Source: Acidimicrobiia bacterium
GTDB taxonomy: Bacteria; Actinomycetota; Acidimicrobiia; Spongiisociales; SHLN01
DNA length: 64,000 nt
Assembly: GCA_041609995.1 (NCBI GenBank)
Contig: JBFIPU010000002.1
Location: 3,733 to 67,732, forward strand
Direction of reading: 5' to 3'
Part shown: in pieces, positions 51,603 to 61,525 of the stretch
How the letters are laid out: each line of letters opens with the position of its first letter
Numbering within the stretch: the stretch's first letter is position 1
Notes under the pieces: generated by a model
What the model saw: only the letters and a program-made list of their open reading frames with translations
Database searches by the model: none
Told to the model about the DNA's origin: nothing
Translations under genes and position numbers: made by a program

Positions 51603-52400
51603 ATGAAGACAACGGAGATCGCCGGCGATCTGGCGGCCGAACAGCAGGAGCTCGACGTCATCGTCTCCCGGATCCCGGACGCCGACTGGGAGGCTCCGAC
51701 CCCCAGTCCGCGCTGGGCGGTACGCGACCAGATCGCCCACCTCGCCTATTTCGATGAGACAGCGGTTGTGGCCATCACCGATCCGATACGGTTCGCGGAT
51801 CACGTGTCCGAACTCGGCGGCATCATGGCTGAGGGGCCCGGAGCAGTCGACGATGCCACCATCGGACCCATGCGCACGCTGCCACCTGCCTCGCTTCTCG
51901 ACCGCTGGCGGGCGGCCCGGGCCTCGCTCGCCGAGGCCGCCTCCGGCCTGGACGGCGATACCCGCGTGAACTGGTATGGCCCTGCCATGTCGGCCAACTC
52001 GTTCTTGACTGCCCGCTTGATGGAAACCTGGGCCCACGGGCAGGACGTTGTCGACGCCCTCGGGGTTCGGCGGCAGCCGACCAACCGTCTGCGGCACATC
52101 GCCCGGCTCGGCTATTTGACCCGTTCCTGGTCGTACCTGAATCGGGGACTGATGGTGCCTGAAGGCGACGTATTCGTGCAACTGCAAGGGCCGTATGGGG
52201 ACCGTTGGGTCTTTGGGCAGGAGGAGGCCGCCGAATCGGTGTCGGGCCCTGCCGAGCACTTCTGCCTCGTGGTCACGCAACGACGCCATCTCGACGACAC
52301 CGAATTGCACGTCACCCCCGGCGCCCGCGAGTGGCTGCTCATCGCCCAGGCCTTTGCGGGTGGGCCCACCGAGGGGCCCGAACCCGGGAGCCGGCCGTGA
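51603..52400 (+). CDS. Maleylpyruvate-isomerase-N-terminal-domain (DinB/MDMPI, TIGR03084-type mycothiol-dependent) family protein
   Basis: MKTTEIAGDLAAEQQELDVIVSRIPDADWEAPTPSPRWAVRDQIAHLAYFDETA.. ; RBS GGGAGG. Confidence 0.7.
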   Translation: MKTTEIAGDLAAEQQELDVIVSRIPDADWEAPTPSPRWAVRDQIAHLAYFDETAVVAITDPIRFADHVSELGGIMAEGPGAVDDATIGPMRTLPPASLLDRWRAARASLAEAASGLDGDTRVNWYGPAMSANSFLTARLMETWAHGQDVVDALGVRRQPTNRLRHIARLGYLTRSWSYLNRGLMVPEGDVFVQLQGPYGDRWVFGQEEAAESVSGPAEHFCLVVTQRRHLDDTELHVTPGAREWLLIAQAFAGGPTEGPEPGSRP

Positions 52401-53146
52401 AGGTCGAAACCGGGTTCGAGGCCGGCGTCTTCACCATCACCCTGGCGGATCAGGAAAACCGCAATGCTCTGAGTTCGGCAATGGTGGACGAGCTGCACGA
52501 CGCCCTCGACGAGGTAGATCGACGCCTTGATGTCCGGGTGGTCGTGGTCACCAACCGGGGCCGGGTGTTCTGTGCCGGGCGTGATCTTTCGGAGCAGACC
52601 GACGGCACGGTCCCGGCGGACGAAGACGACCCTTCCCGGGTCTTTGCCCGGATCCTCCGCTCCCCCAAGCCGTTCGTCGGCCGCATCGCCGGCCACGCCG
52701 TGGCAGGAGGAACCGGGCTGGTCGCCGCCATGGATCTCTCGGTGGCCGTGGATGATGCCAAGTTCGGCTTCACGGAGGTTCGCCTGGGCCTGGCCCCGGC
52801 CATCATCTCCACGATCTGTCTGCCAAAGATGCGCCGCTCCGAAGCGCTCGAGGCGATGCTCCGGGGGCGCCGTTTCGACGCCACCGAGGCCGCCCGGCTG
52901 GGCATCATCAACCACGCGGTGCCCGCCGAACAACTGGATGCAGCGGTCGAGGAGATCGTGGGCGACCTCTTGTTGGGTGGACCCAACGCGCTGGCCGCAA
53001 CCAAGGCCTTGTTCGGCTTCGACGACGAGTTCGAGGAACGGATCTCGGAGATGGGCCGGCTGTCGGCCGCCCTGTTCCAGTCGGAAGAGGGGCAGGAGGG
53101 GATGCGCGCCTACCTGGAGAAGCGCCCGCCGGATTGGGCCGGCTGA
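52397..53146 (+). CDS. Enoyl-CoA hydratase/isomerase (crotonase family)
   Basis: VFCAGRDLSE (oxyanion hole), ..GHAVAGGTGLVAAMDLSVAVDDAKFGFTEVRLGL.. GTG start overlapping the upstream stop. Confidence 0.85.
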   Translation: MKVETGFEAGVFTITLADQENRNALSSAMVDELHDALDEVDRRLDVRVVVVTNRGRVFCAGRDLSEQTDGTVPADEDDPSRVFARILRSPKPFVGRIAGHAVAGGTGLVAAMDLSVAVDDAKFGFTEVRLGLAPAIISTICLPKMRRSEALEAMLRGRRFDATEAARLGIINHAVPAEQLDAAVEEIVGDLLLGGPNALAATKALFGFDDEFEERISEMGRLSAALFQSEEGQEGMRAYLEKRPPDWAG

Positions 53147-53353
53147 GCCGACCCGAATCTGGTCGTTGATCCCATCTGGCTCGTGGGTGCGTACCGACGC
53201 ACACCGGTGGAGATAGGTCGATGGTGTGACGGAAGACTCTGGCGTCACCCCTTTCAGGTCCGGCACCGTAACGACGTGGATTGGCAGGGGCGGTGCGTGG
53301 GTTGGTATGTCTCCGGTGTGCCCGTGCGTACCGTCACCATGAAAGGAGGCACG

Positions 53354-53920
53354 ATGCGTAGATCGATCACCATGATCGTCGCGACCATGGCGGCTTTGGG
53401 CCTGGTGCTGGCGGGCCCGGTGGGGGCGGCTCCCGCCGAAAAGACCACTTACGAGTTCTTTGAGTGCTTCACCGTGTTCGGTGAGCCCGATCGTTCGTGG
53501 TTCAGCGGCAAGGACGACAAGAACTGGCACGTGCGCGGAGCAGGGAACCAAGCCGATGAGTACCGGTGGGACGATAACGATGAGGTATGGGCAAACGTCG
53601 GCTCCAACGCCACGGTAGTCAACTGGAACGTCCGCTGGATGTTGGTTGGACCCCCGGACGCACCGATGCCGGTGCCCACTGCGGGCACGCTGTGGGGTAC
53701 GTTCGATTTCGAATCGGACATCGGCGATTTCAGCGGCCACTGGACCTGGGCGGGTTGGCCCGATGCCGAGGGAAAGGGGTCCGGCAAATCGGACTCCGGT
53801 CAGATCGCCAAGGTGACACTGCTGAACGAGGATCCCGGATTCGCCGGAGGAGACTTTCTTCCGGAGTGCGGCTTCGATGCCACTTTCGTGGTGCTGGAGG
53901 TGATCGACCCCAGGACGTAG
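53354..53920 (+). CDS. Secreted hypothetical protein
   Basis: Strong RBS AAAGGAGG 4 nt before ATG; signal peptide MRRSITMIVATMAALGLVLAGPVGAAPA; Trp-rich mature region. Confidence 0.6.
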   Translation: MRRSITMIVATMAALGLVLAGPVGAAPAEKTTYEFFECFTVFGEPDRSWFSGKDDKNWHVRGAGNQADEYRWDDNDEVWANVGSNATVVNWNVRWMLVGPPDAPMPVPTAGTLWGTFDFESDIGDFSGHWTWAGWPDAEGKGSGKSDSGQIAKVTLLNEDPGFAGGDFLPECGFDATFVVLEVIDPRT

Positions 53921-53969
53921 GCGCCAGATCTTTCCTGTACCCAGGGTTGTAGGTGGCGAAAATCGCCGC

Positions 53970-55157
53970 CTACAACCCTGGGTATGAGTCGCGACCGAGC
54001 ACCTCTTCGGCGATGATCATCTTGCGCACCTCGGTGGTTCCGGCGCCGATCTCACCGAGTTTGGTGGCCCGGAACAGCCGGTTGATCTCGGTCTCCCACA
54101 GGTAACCGGAGCCGCCGTGGATCTGCACGGCGTGGTCGAGGATCTGGTTGAGGGTGTTGGCGTTGTACATCACGACTGCGGCGGTGCGGGCGTGCACCTC
54201 ACCCCGGCCGGCCCGGGTTTCATCGACCCCGGCCAGCTCGGCCAGCACCTCGTAGGTGAATGCGCGCATCGTCTGGATCCCCGTGTACATGTCGGCGATG
54301 CGCGACTGGATCATCTGAAAGCTGGCGATCGGCTTGCCGAACTGCTCCCGGCTGTTGGCGTACTCGACCGACAGCTCCAGCGCCCGCTCGGCGATCCCGA
54401 GGCTGATGGGGGCCAGGGCGGCTCGTTCGATGTCGAGGCCGCTCATCACGACCTGGTGACCCTCGTGCTCGACGCCGACGATGTTGGCGACGGGCACCAC
54501 CACGTCCTCGAGTACCAGCTCGGCGGTCGGGCTTCCGCGGAATCCCATCTTGGTGAGTTTCTGGGCAACCGAGAACCCGGGCGTCGCGGTCTCCACCAGA
54601 AAGGCGGTCACGCCTTTGCTTCCCCGCTGCGCTTGGGACTTGGCATAGAGGAGCACCACGTCGGCCACCGGACCGTTGGTGATGTACATCTTGGCTCCGT
54701 TGAGCACATAGGTGTCGCCGTCGCGGACCGCCCGGGTGCGCATGGAACCGAGGGCGTCGCTGCCGGCGCCCGGCTCGGTGAGGCCGAGGGCACCGATGTA
54801 CTCCCCCGAACACAGCTTGGGCAGGTACCGGCGCTTGAGCTCCTCGGAGCCGTTGTTGCTGAGATTGTTGGCACACAGGTTGTCGTGGGCGCCCCAACTG
54901 AGGGCAAAGGCGTGGTTCCAGCGGGCAAACGCCTGGATCACCAGGCCGGCCTCCAGCAACCCCATCCCGGCGCCGCCATATTCTTCGGGGATCGTGGCAC
55001 CCAGGTAGCCGTTGGCTCCGAGTTTGGCCATGATGTCGGGCGGCCACCATTCCTCGTTGTCCATCTGCTCGGCGAGGGGGTACAGCTCGTTGCGGGCAAA
55101 GCGGTCCGCTTCGTCCAGCAGCGCCCGCTGCTCGTCGGTGAGAGAGAACTGTGACAT
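53970..55157 (-). CDS. Acyl-CoA dehydrogenase (isovaleryl-/short-branched-chain type)
   Basis: Acyl-CoA dehydrogenase family motifs, including LTEPGAGSD and the C-terminal catalytic region GGSGY.. ; 1-nt TGATG overlap with the upstream PhyH gene. Confidence 0.9.
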   Translation of the reverse strand: MSQFSLTDEQRALLDEADRFARNELYPLAEQMDNEEWWPPDIMAKLGANGYLGATIPEEYGGAGMGLLEAGLVIQAFARWNHAFALSWGAHDNLCANNLSNNGSEELKRRYLPKLCSGEYIGALGLTEPGAGSDALGSMRTRAVRDGDTYVLNGAKMYITNGPVADVVLLYAKSQAQRGSKGVTAFLVETATPGFSVAQKLTKMGFRGSPTAELVLEDVVVPVANIVGVEHEGHQVVMSGLDIERAALAPISLGIAERALELSVEYANSREQFGKPIASFQMIQSRIADMYTGIQTMRAFTYEVLAELAGVDETRAGRGEVHARTAAVVMYNANTLNQILDHAVQIHGGSGYLWETEINRLFRATKLGEIGAGTTEVRKMIIAEEVLGRDSYPGL

Positions 55158-56149
55158 CAGGCGCACACCGGGTTGTCACGGTTTCGCAGCCAGCGATCCT
55201 GCTCATAGAGCGCACCGTCCACGCGTCCGGACAAAACGCGTTCGCGGGCGTCCCACCATCCTTTGCGATAATCGTCAGCGGTCGCCACCGGCCTGTGCGA
55301 GCTCCGCAGGACAAACGACGGGAATGCGGGACGCCCGGTTGGCTGGCCGCTCTTCTGATACCGCAGGTCGAAGCTCCACCGGAGCCGATCCGAAGTATTG
55401 GGCAGAGCCCCGTGCTCGGTGAACTTGGTGAGGAGCACGAGCGAGCCGCGGCTGACCGGAACCGGCATCGGGTCGACCCCGTGCCGTTCCAGCAGCGCCT
55501 GCGGTATGTAGTTCTCGGCGGGGTTCGACCTGCCCGGACAATGCAGTGTGAGCTCGTGGTCTCGGTGAGAACCCGGCAAAACCTGGAGGCAGCCCATCTC
55601 CTCGGTGGTGTCCATCATCGCCACCCACACCGTGATCATGTCGGTGTCGGCCGCCTCGTCCATCACCGCACCGAAATCCTGGTGCCAGGTGGTGGCTCCC
55701 ACGTTGGAGTAGGTCGCCACGGCGCCGGTCAGCAGGTGCTGGGGCGGTTTGAGGCGCGTTTGCTGCACAGGGTTCGTGCTGATTTCGGGGCCGAGCACCG
55801 ACTCCACCACGTCCAACAGCTTCGGGTTGGCCAGCAGTCCGAAGAACGCCGGACCGGCATGGGCGCGTACCAGATGCGGCGGGAGCCCCTGGTAGTCGAG
55901 GGGCAGCGAGATGCCCAAGTAATAGAAGATGTCCGGGTTTTCGCTGAGCAGGGCGATGTACCGATCGGCGAACGGGAGATCGGCATACGTGGACGAGACC
56001 TCTCCCCGTCTGAACATCTCGGCACCGGCATCCCCGAGGGCGGCGGCATACTCGTCGACCACCGGGTCCAGGTCATCGTCGTCAAGAACGTCGGGCACCA
56101 CCAGAAAGCCCTGTTGGTCGAACAACTCCAGCTCGGCGGCCGTCAGCAT
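55157..56149 (-). CDS. Phytanoyl-CoA dioxygenase (PhyH) family Fe(II)/2-oxoglutarate-dependent oxygenase
   Basis: ..TWHQDFGAV.. (HxD) and ..HGALPNTSDRLRWSFDLRY.. typical of the PhyH family. Confidence 0.75.
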   Translation of the reverse strand: MLTAAELELFDQQGFLVVPDVLDDDDLDPVVDEYAAALGDAGAEMFRRGEVSSTYADLPFADRYIALLSENPDIFYYLGISLPLDYQGLPPHLVRAHAGPAFFGLLANPKLLDVVESVLGPEISTNPVQQTRLKPPQHLLTGAVATYSNVGATTWHQDFGAVMDEAADTDMITVWVAMMDTTEEMGCLQVLPGSHRDHELTLHCPGRSNPAENYIPQALLERHGVDPMPVPVSRGSLVLLTKFTEHGALPNTSDRLRWSFDLRYQKSGQPTGRPAFPSFVLRSSHRPVATADDYRKGWWDARERVLSGRVDGALYEQDRWLRNRDNPVCA

Positions 56150-56189
56150 GACGAAAGCCTATCAAGCGGCCCCCTGGTAGTTTGGCGTC

Positions 56190-56423
56190 ATGAATCACTA
56201 CCTGGTGCTGGGGGTCGACCGGAACGCCACCCAGGCCGAGATCGAGAACGCCTTTCGGTTGCGCAGCACGATGACGTACGGTCAGTTCGGGGGCGGCGGA
56301 GCCGGCGGCGCCCGCACCGCCGAACTCGAGGCTGCCTACGTGGCCCTCTCAGACCCGGCCAAACGGGCCGAGTACGACCGGCAGCTCGACCAGGAACTTT
56401 CCCGGCGAGCCAACGACCGCTAG
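56190..56423 (+). CDS. Small J-domain-like protein (degenerate DnaJ N-terminal domain, no HPD)
   Basis: HYLVLGVDRNATQAEIENAFR.. then Gly run GGGGAGGA. Lacks the HPD tripeptide. Confidence 0.4.
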   Translation: MNHYLVLGVDRNATQAEIENAFRLRSTMTYGQFGGGGAGGARTAELEAAYVALSDPAKRAEYDRQLDQELSRRANDR

Positions 56424-56427
56424 AGCC

Positions 56428-57732
56428 GTGGAGCGGCGCCACCAGTCGAAGATCGGTGCCCACCAGCGGGTTTCAGACGAGACGCGGGCGGCCGCCCGCC
56501 TCAACCTCCACATGCTCGGCCCGGGCGAGCCGGTGCTGACCGAATGGGCTGGAGCCGGCCTCCAACCTCCGGAACTCGATGCGATCCGGGCCTACCGGCT
56601 GCGGCGGGTTCGCCAGACGCTGCTGAACCTGGGTTACGCCGGGATCGTCTTGTATGACCCGGTGAACATCCGCTACGCCACCGACAGCACCAACATGCAG
56701 CTGTGGGTGGCTCACAACCCCACGCGGTACGCCCTGGTCCTCGCCGAGGGCCCGGTCGTGATCTGGGACTACATGACGTCCGAGCACCTGTCGGCCCACC
56801 TGGATTTGGTCGACGAGAGGCGCACTGCAGTCCAATGGATGTACCAGTTCGCCGGCGAGGAAACCGATCGCAACGTCAGGCGCTGGTCGGACGAGATGGC
56901 CGACATGGTCGATCGGTATGGAAACGGCAACCGGAGGCTGGCGATCGACCGGGCCAATCCGCTGGCGGTCCTCGCTCTGGACCGGCTCGGGGTCGAGGTC
57001 GGCAACGGTGAAGAGGTGATGGAACATGCACGCGCCGTCAAGTCAACGGACGAAATCGTCGCGATGCGCTGTGCCATCCACGCCTGTGAGACCGCCATGG
57101 ACAAGATGTACGAGGCCCTGGAGCCGGGCATGACGGAGAACCAGGTCTGGGCGGTCTTGCACGCCGAAAACATCATCCGCTTCGGCGAGTGGATCGAGAC
57201 GCGGCTTCTGTCGTCGGGTCCCCGCACCAACCCCTGGTTCCAGGAGAGCTCCAGCAAGGTCATCGAGGCCGGCGAACTGGTGGCCTTCGACACCGATCTG
57301 ATCGGCGCGTATGGCTATTGCGTGGACATCTCCCGCACTTGGATCGCCGGGGGCCGGAAACCGCTTCCCCACCAGCGGCACGCGTGGGAAATGGCCGCCG
57401 ACCAGATCCACCACAACACCGAACTGCTTGGGCCTGGCGTCACCCTCAAGGAGCTCACGTTCAAGGCGATGAGCTTTGATCCCGATGAGTACCGCCGCTA
57501 CTCGGTCCAGTACCACGGGGTGGGGCTGGCCGACGAGTGGCCATCGGTGTTCTTTCCTGATTCCTGGGACGAAACGGGGTTCGACGGCGTCTTGGTGCCG
57601 GGTCAGGTCATCTGTGTCGAGTCATACGTCGGAAGGCGCGACGCCCCCGAAGGGGTCAAGCTGGAGGAGCAGGTCCTGATCACCGACACCGGGTACGAGA
57701 CTCTGTCGAACTATCCGCTGGAGCTCCGCTGA
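56428..57732 (+). CDS. M24-family metallohydrolase (creatinase/prolidase-like), paralog 1
   Basis: Creatinase-N-like domain + pita-bread domain (..SGPRTNPWFQESSSKVIEAGELVAFDTDLIGAYGYCVDISRTW.. ; ..QYHGVGLADEWP.. ; ..ESYVG..GVKLEEQVLITDTGYE). Start may be the Met at 56509. Confidence 0.8.
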   Translation: MERRHQSKIGAHQRVSDETRAAARLNLHMLGPGEPVLTEWAGAGLQPPELDAIRAYRLRRVRQTLLNLGYAGIVLYDPVNIRYATDSTNMQLWVAHNPTRYALVLAEGPVVIWDYMTSEHLSAHLDLVDERRTAVQWMYQFAGEETDRNVRRWSDEMADMVDRYGNGNRRLAIDRANPLAVLALDRLGVEVGNGEEVMEHARAVKSTDEIVAMRCAIHACETAMDKMYEALEPGMTENQVWAVLHAENIIRFGEWIETRLLSSGPRTNPWFQESSSKVIEAGELVAFDTDLIGAYGYCVDISRTWIAGGRKPLPHQRHAWEMAADQIHHNTELLGPGVTLKELTFKAMSFDPDEYRRYSVQYHGVGLADEWPSVFFPDSWDETGFDGVLVPGQVICVESYVGRRDAPEGVKLEEQVLITDTGYETLSNYPLELR

Positions 57733-58259
57733 GCCCTGAAATCGTCAGCGAGCAGCTCCATCAACAACCCGGCATGGAAGGTGCCGTCGGAGCCGCGCTC
57801 GTACTGGCGCATGACGCCCACCACCCGGAAGCCGACCTTCGAGTAGCACCCGATGGCGGCGTGGTTGTCGGTAGCCGGGTCCATCGTGAGCCGGTGGTGG
57901 CCCACCTCATCGAACAGGTAGGCCGACAGCGTGCGGACCGCGTCGGTGCAATATCCCTGGCCGTGGGCCGATGGGTGGAGGTAGACATCGATCGATGCAT
58001 GGGCATGATCGGGATCCTCTTCGGCTTCCCACTGGATCCCGCCGATGATCGAGCCGTCCTCGTTTTCGATGGCCAGGTACTGCACGTTGTCCATCTCCAC
58101 GGCTGCCCACACATCCGCCGCGACGTCATCGCCGGGCCAACGTGACCGGACCTCGGGCGTCGACCGGATCGCCACCTGGGCTGCGACGTCTACTGCGAGT
58201 TGGTCCGGACCCTGGGTGCGCTCCAACGGTCGGAGCCGGATGCGATCGCCCTGCAACAT
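57711..58259 (-). CDS. GNAT-family N-acetyltransferase
   Basis: ..HRLTMDPATDNHAAIGCYSKVGFRVVGV.. (acetyl-CoA binding motif A region). Start at MLQGDRIRLRP. Confidence 0.7.
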   Translation of the reverse strand: MLQGDRIRLRPLERTQGPDQLAVDVAAQVAIRSTPEVRSRWPGDDVAADVWAAVEMDNVQYLAIENEDGSIIGGIQWEAEEDPDHAHASIDVYLHPSAHGQGYCTDAVRTLSAYLFDEVGHHRLTMDPATDNHAAIGCYSKVGFRVVGVMRQYERGSDGTFHAGLLMELLADDFRAQRSSSG

Positions 58260-58323
58260 CCCACGAATGTAGCCAGGCGATTGGGCCGGACGCTTGCCGC
58301 CTGTCCCGGGTATCCTCCCCGCG

Positions 58324-59343
58324 ATGGAATCTCCCATCATGGAACTGGTCGAGCTCGGGTTTCCCTGGGATGGCCTCGATCCGTTCATCTTCACCGTTCA
58401 TCACCTCGATCACTACCCGGCCGGAGCGGACGATCTCGGCCCGGCCGACTCGCTGATCGGCCGCAACATCGGCTCGGACTTCTCTTACATGGACGGCTGG
58501 AGCATGTACCACGGTGATCGCGTTCCCGGGTTTCCGCAGCATCCGCACCGGGGATTCGAGACGGTGACGGTGGTGCGGCGCGGATACGTCGACCACTCCG
58601 ATTCTCTCGGGGCCACTGCCCGATACGGCGGCGGCGATACGCAGTGGCTGACGACCGGCTCCGGGATCATGCACGCCGAGATGTTCCCGTTGCTCGAAAC
58701 AGACCGCGACAATCCGCTCGAGCTCTTTCAGATCTGGCTCAATTTGCCACCGGAGTCCAAGATGGTGCCGGCCCACTTCTCGATTCTCTGGAGTGAGGAC
58801 ATCCCCACGGTCGAGCCGGGCGCAGGTATTTCGATCGACGTGATCGCGGGGCGGTTGGAAGGGGATCGGGCACCCGCTCCCCCGCCCGACTCATGGGCTT
58901 CGCAGGCTGACTCAGAGATGGCCATCTGGCTGATCCGTATCGAGGAGGGATACCGCTGGGATCTTCCCACCGCTTCGTCCGGCGTCAACCGGATGTTGCA
59001 CTTCTACCACGGCTCATCGGCCGAGGTGGGCGGCACCACCATCGGCGCCCCCACCGGCGTCCGTCTCCGGCCCGACGCCAAGGCTTTGATCACGAGCCAC
59101 GACGGAACCTCGGAGTTTTTGCTGCTCCAGGGCCGCCCGATCGGGGCGCCCGTGTATCAGATGGGGCCCTTTGTGATGAACACGCCGGAACAGCTGCAAC
59201 AGGCCGTGCGGGATTACCGCCTGACCCAGTTCGGGGGCTGGCCCTGGCCATCGCCCAGCCACGTGCACGACAGATCCGAAGGGCGGTTCGCAGTCCACGC
59301 CGACGGACGGATCGAACGACGGGACATGCAGCGGGTCCGTTGA
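58324..59343 (+). CDS. Pirin-family bicupin protein
   Basis: ..GFPQHPHRGFETVTVV..GVDHSDS.GA....GG.QWLTTGSGIMHAE.. matches the pirin N-cupin metal site. Confidence 0.8.
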   Translation: MESPIMELVELGFPWDGLDPFIFTVHHLDHYPAGADDLGPADSLIGRNIGSDFSYMDGWSMYHGDRVPGFPQHPHRGFETVTVVRRGYVDHSDSLGATARYGGGDTQWLTTGSGIMHAEMFPLLETDRDNPLELFQIWLNLPPESKMVPAHFSILWSEDIPTVEPGAGISIDVIAGRLEGDRAPAPPPDSWASQADSEMAIWLIRIEEGYRWDLPTASSGVNRMLHFYHGSSAEVGGTTIGAPTGVRLRPDAKALITSHDGTSEFLLLQGRPIGAPVYQMGPFVMNTPEQLQQAVRDYRLTQFGGWPWPSPSHVHDRSEGRFAVHADGRIERRDMQRVR

Positions 59344-59350
59344 CTTCGCG

Positions 59351-60529
59351 CTAGGAAAGCAAAGCCGGTTCGAACGGGAACGTCGACAGGGGTTCAGCCC
59401 CGGTATCGGTGACCAGGTACATCTCCTCGAGCTTCACCCCCGGCCCGCCCTTGTCGGAGCCGACGAAGCTCTCGACCGACAGCACCATGCTGGGCTCGAT
59501 CAGCCCGTCATAGCCGTGGCGGTCCCAGTCCTGCCGATAGTAGATCTTGGGGTACTCATCGGTCATCCCGACGCCGTGTGCCAGGCAGGCGTAGCGGTGG
59601 GCGACGAACTCCTCTTCCTGTCGATACGCCTTTTCCGACAGTTCGCGGAACGAGACTCCGGGGCCGAGCAGAGCGGCGTTGTGCATGATCTCGGCATGCG
59701 CCCGCTGGTACCGGTCCCGCTGGGCAGCGGAGGGCGCACCGGTCCCGACCAGCCACGTTCGCGAGATGTCGGCGCAGTAACCGAATGGTCCGATCATGTC
59801 GGTATCGAGCGCCACCAACTCCCCCTCCTGGAGATGGCGTCCCGAGGCCTCTTGATACCAGGGATTGGTGCGGGGGCCGCTGACGAGCATGCGGCCGTCG
59901 ATCCAATCCCCGTCGTTGGCGATGTTGGTCTGGTGCAGCATCGACCACAGCTCGTTCTCGCTCATGCCCGGCTGCAGCGAGGAGCGCATCCAGGCGAGGG
60001 CCGCCTCTGCCACGCCGATGGAGTGGCGCATACACTCCAATTCCACCTCCGACTTGATCGAGCGTGCACGCTCCATGTGCGGCTCGGCATCGATGACGCG
60101 GAGCCCGGCCTGCTGGAGCGCGGCCAGCGCGCTGGGTGCCAACCTGTCGACGGCTACTGTGGCGGCCGGTCCGATTTCGGCCAGGATCGAGTTGGCGAAC
60201 GCCGCCGCGGTCGGCTCCGGATCGAGTCCGGCATCGAAGCAGCTCAGGTAATCGGCCGGGCGGAATTCGTCGATCGTCGGGTGGGCACCCGTGTAGGCCC
60301 CATGCATGATGAGGCGCCCGTCGGGCCGCACGAACAGGTAATACGTCGGAATGCGGGACTGGAACATGGCGTACTCGCGCCAGTCGGCCACGTAGCGCAG
60401 GCTGGCCGGGTTGGTGAGCACCAGGAGCGAGATGTCAGCGGACGCCATCTGACCGATGGTCCGGTCGAGCCGGTGTCTCCGGAGAGAACCCGATTCGACT
60501 GCCGGAGCCGGCAGTACAGGAGCGTCCAT
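59351..60529 (-). CDS. M24-family metallohydrolase (creatinase/prolidase-like), paralog 2
   Basis: About 50% identical to 56428..57732 over the catalytic domain (..SGPRTNPWYQEASGRHLQEGELVALDTDMIGPFGYCADISRTW.. ; ..VESFVGSDKGGPGVKLEEMYLVTDTGAE..). Confidence 0.8.
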   Translation of the reverse strand: MDAPVLPAPAVESGSLRRHRLDRTIGQMASADISLLVLTNPASLRYVADWREYAMFQSRIPTYYLFVRPDGRLIMHGAYTGAHPTIDEFRPADYLSCFDAGLDPEPTAAAFANSILAEIGPAATVAVDRLAPSALAALQQAGLRVIDAEPHMERARSIKSEVELECMRHSIGVAEAALAWMRSSLQPGMSENELWSMLHQTNIANDGDWIDGRMLVSGPRTNPWYQEASGRHLQEGELVALDTDMIGPFGYCADISRTWLVGTGAPSAAQRDRYQRAHAEIMHNAALLGPGVSFRELSEKAYRQEEEFVAHRYACLAHGVGMTDEYPKIYYRQDWDRHGYDGLIEPSMVLSVESFVGSDKGGPGVKLEEMYLVTDTGAEPLSTFPFEPALLS

Positions 60530-60586
60530 GTGCCGAATCTACCGGTCGCGCAGGTTGCTAGTGTCCACGATGGACGAAGGAGGCAG

Positions 60587-61525
60587 ATGGCGGCTCGTGC
60601 TGATGTCGGCACACCCACAGTAGAGGTCCCGCGGCCTGGTGTTCTCAAGAGAGCCTTCAAGGGCAGCTCGGCGTATCTCTATCTGGCGCCGACCTTCATC
60701 ATCCTGGCCATCTTCGTCTACTTTCCGATCGTGTCTTCCCTCCGACTGTCCCTCAACCGGGTGGCGCCGTTCGGGAGCCAGGAGATCTTCGTCGGAGCGG
60801 AGAACTACTCGCGCCTGTTGGGCAGCGATGAGTTCTGGAATACCGTGAAGGTGTCGCTGTGGTTCATGGTCGGGACAGTCCCGGTCGGGATCGTCGTGGC
60901 GGTCGCTATCGCCCTGCTGCTGTCGTACCCGGTGCGGCGCATGTCGTGGCTGCACCGCATGCTCATCTTCGTGCCGGTCGTCATCAGCAGCGCCATCGCC
61001 GGCGTTCTGTTCAGGCTCCTCTACAACCCGGTCGTCGGTTTCATCAACCATTGGCTCGGTTTCATCGGCATCGACGGGCCTAATTGGTTGACCGACCGCA
61101 CGTTTGCCCTGGTGGCAGTCATCATCACTGTGACGTGGCGGCAACTCGGTTTCAACGTCATCATCGCATTGGCCGGGCTGCAATCGATCGACGACACGCT
61201 CTACGAAGCTGCCAAAGTCGATGGCGCCACGGCATGGCAGCGGATCCGCCACATCACACTGCCCATGCTCTCGCCCACCCTGTTCTTCCTGGCGGTGATC
61301 AATGTGATCATCAGCTTGCAGGCCTTTGGCGAGATCAACATCCTCACGGACGGAGGCCCGGGGCAGGCGACCACCAACCTCGTGTATTCGGTGTTCGTCG
61401 ATGCGTTCGTGGGCACTTCGTTCCGGGGCCTGGCCTCTGCCCAGGCGTTCATGCTGGCGATCATCATCATGATCTTCTCGTTCCTTCAGTTTCGAGGGCT
61501 TGGTAAGAAAGTGCACTACCAGTGA
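60587..61525 (+). CDS. Carbohydrate-type ABC transporter permease (MalF/UgpA-like)
   Basis: RBS GAAGGAGG + ATG 60587; six TM helices; EAA loop ..YEAAKVDGATAWQRIRHITLPMLSPT.. The 669-aa track ORF extends upstream, antisense to the M24 gene. Confidence 0.85.
   Translation: MAARADVGTPTVEVPRPGVLKRAFKGSSAYLYLAPTFIILAIFVYFPIVSSLRLSLNRVAPFGSQEIFVGAENYSRLLGSDEFWNTVKVSLWFMVGTVPVGIVVAVAIALLLSYPVRRMSWLHRMLIFVPVVISSAIAGVLFRLLYNPVVGFINHWLGFIGIDGPNWLTDRTFALVAVIITVTWRQLGFNVIIALAGLQSIDDTLYEAAKVDGATAWQRIRHITLPMLSPTLFFLAVINVIISLQAFGEINILTDGGPGQATTNLVYSVFVDAFVGTSFRGLASAQAFMLAIIIMIFSFLQFRGLGKKVHYQ

Noticed and set aside
56190-56423. Bona fide DnaJ co-chaperone
   Set aside because: The J-like helix I/II is present but the HPD tripeptide is missing and no DnaJ C-terminal domains follow. 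It was kept only as a degenerate J-like small protein at low confidence.
59516-60586. Upstream 357 codons of the 669-aa plus-strand ORF preceding the ABC permease
   Set aside because: Antisense to the M24 hydrolase (59351..60529). The permease has its own strong RBS and ATG at 60587.
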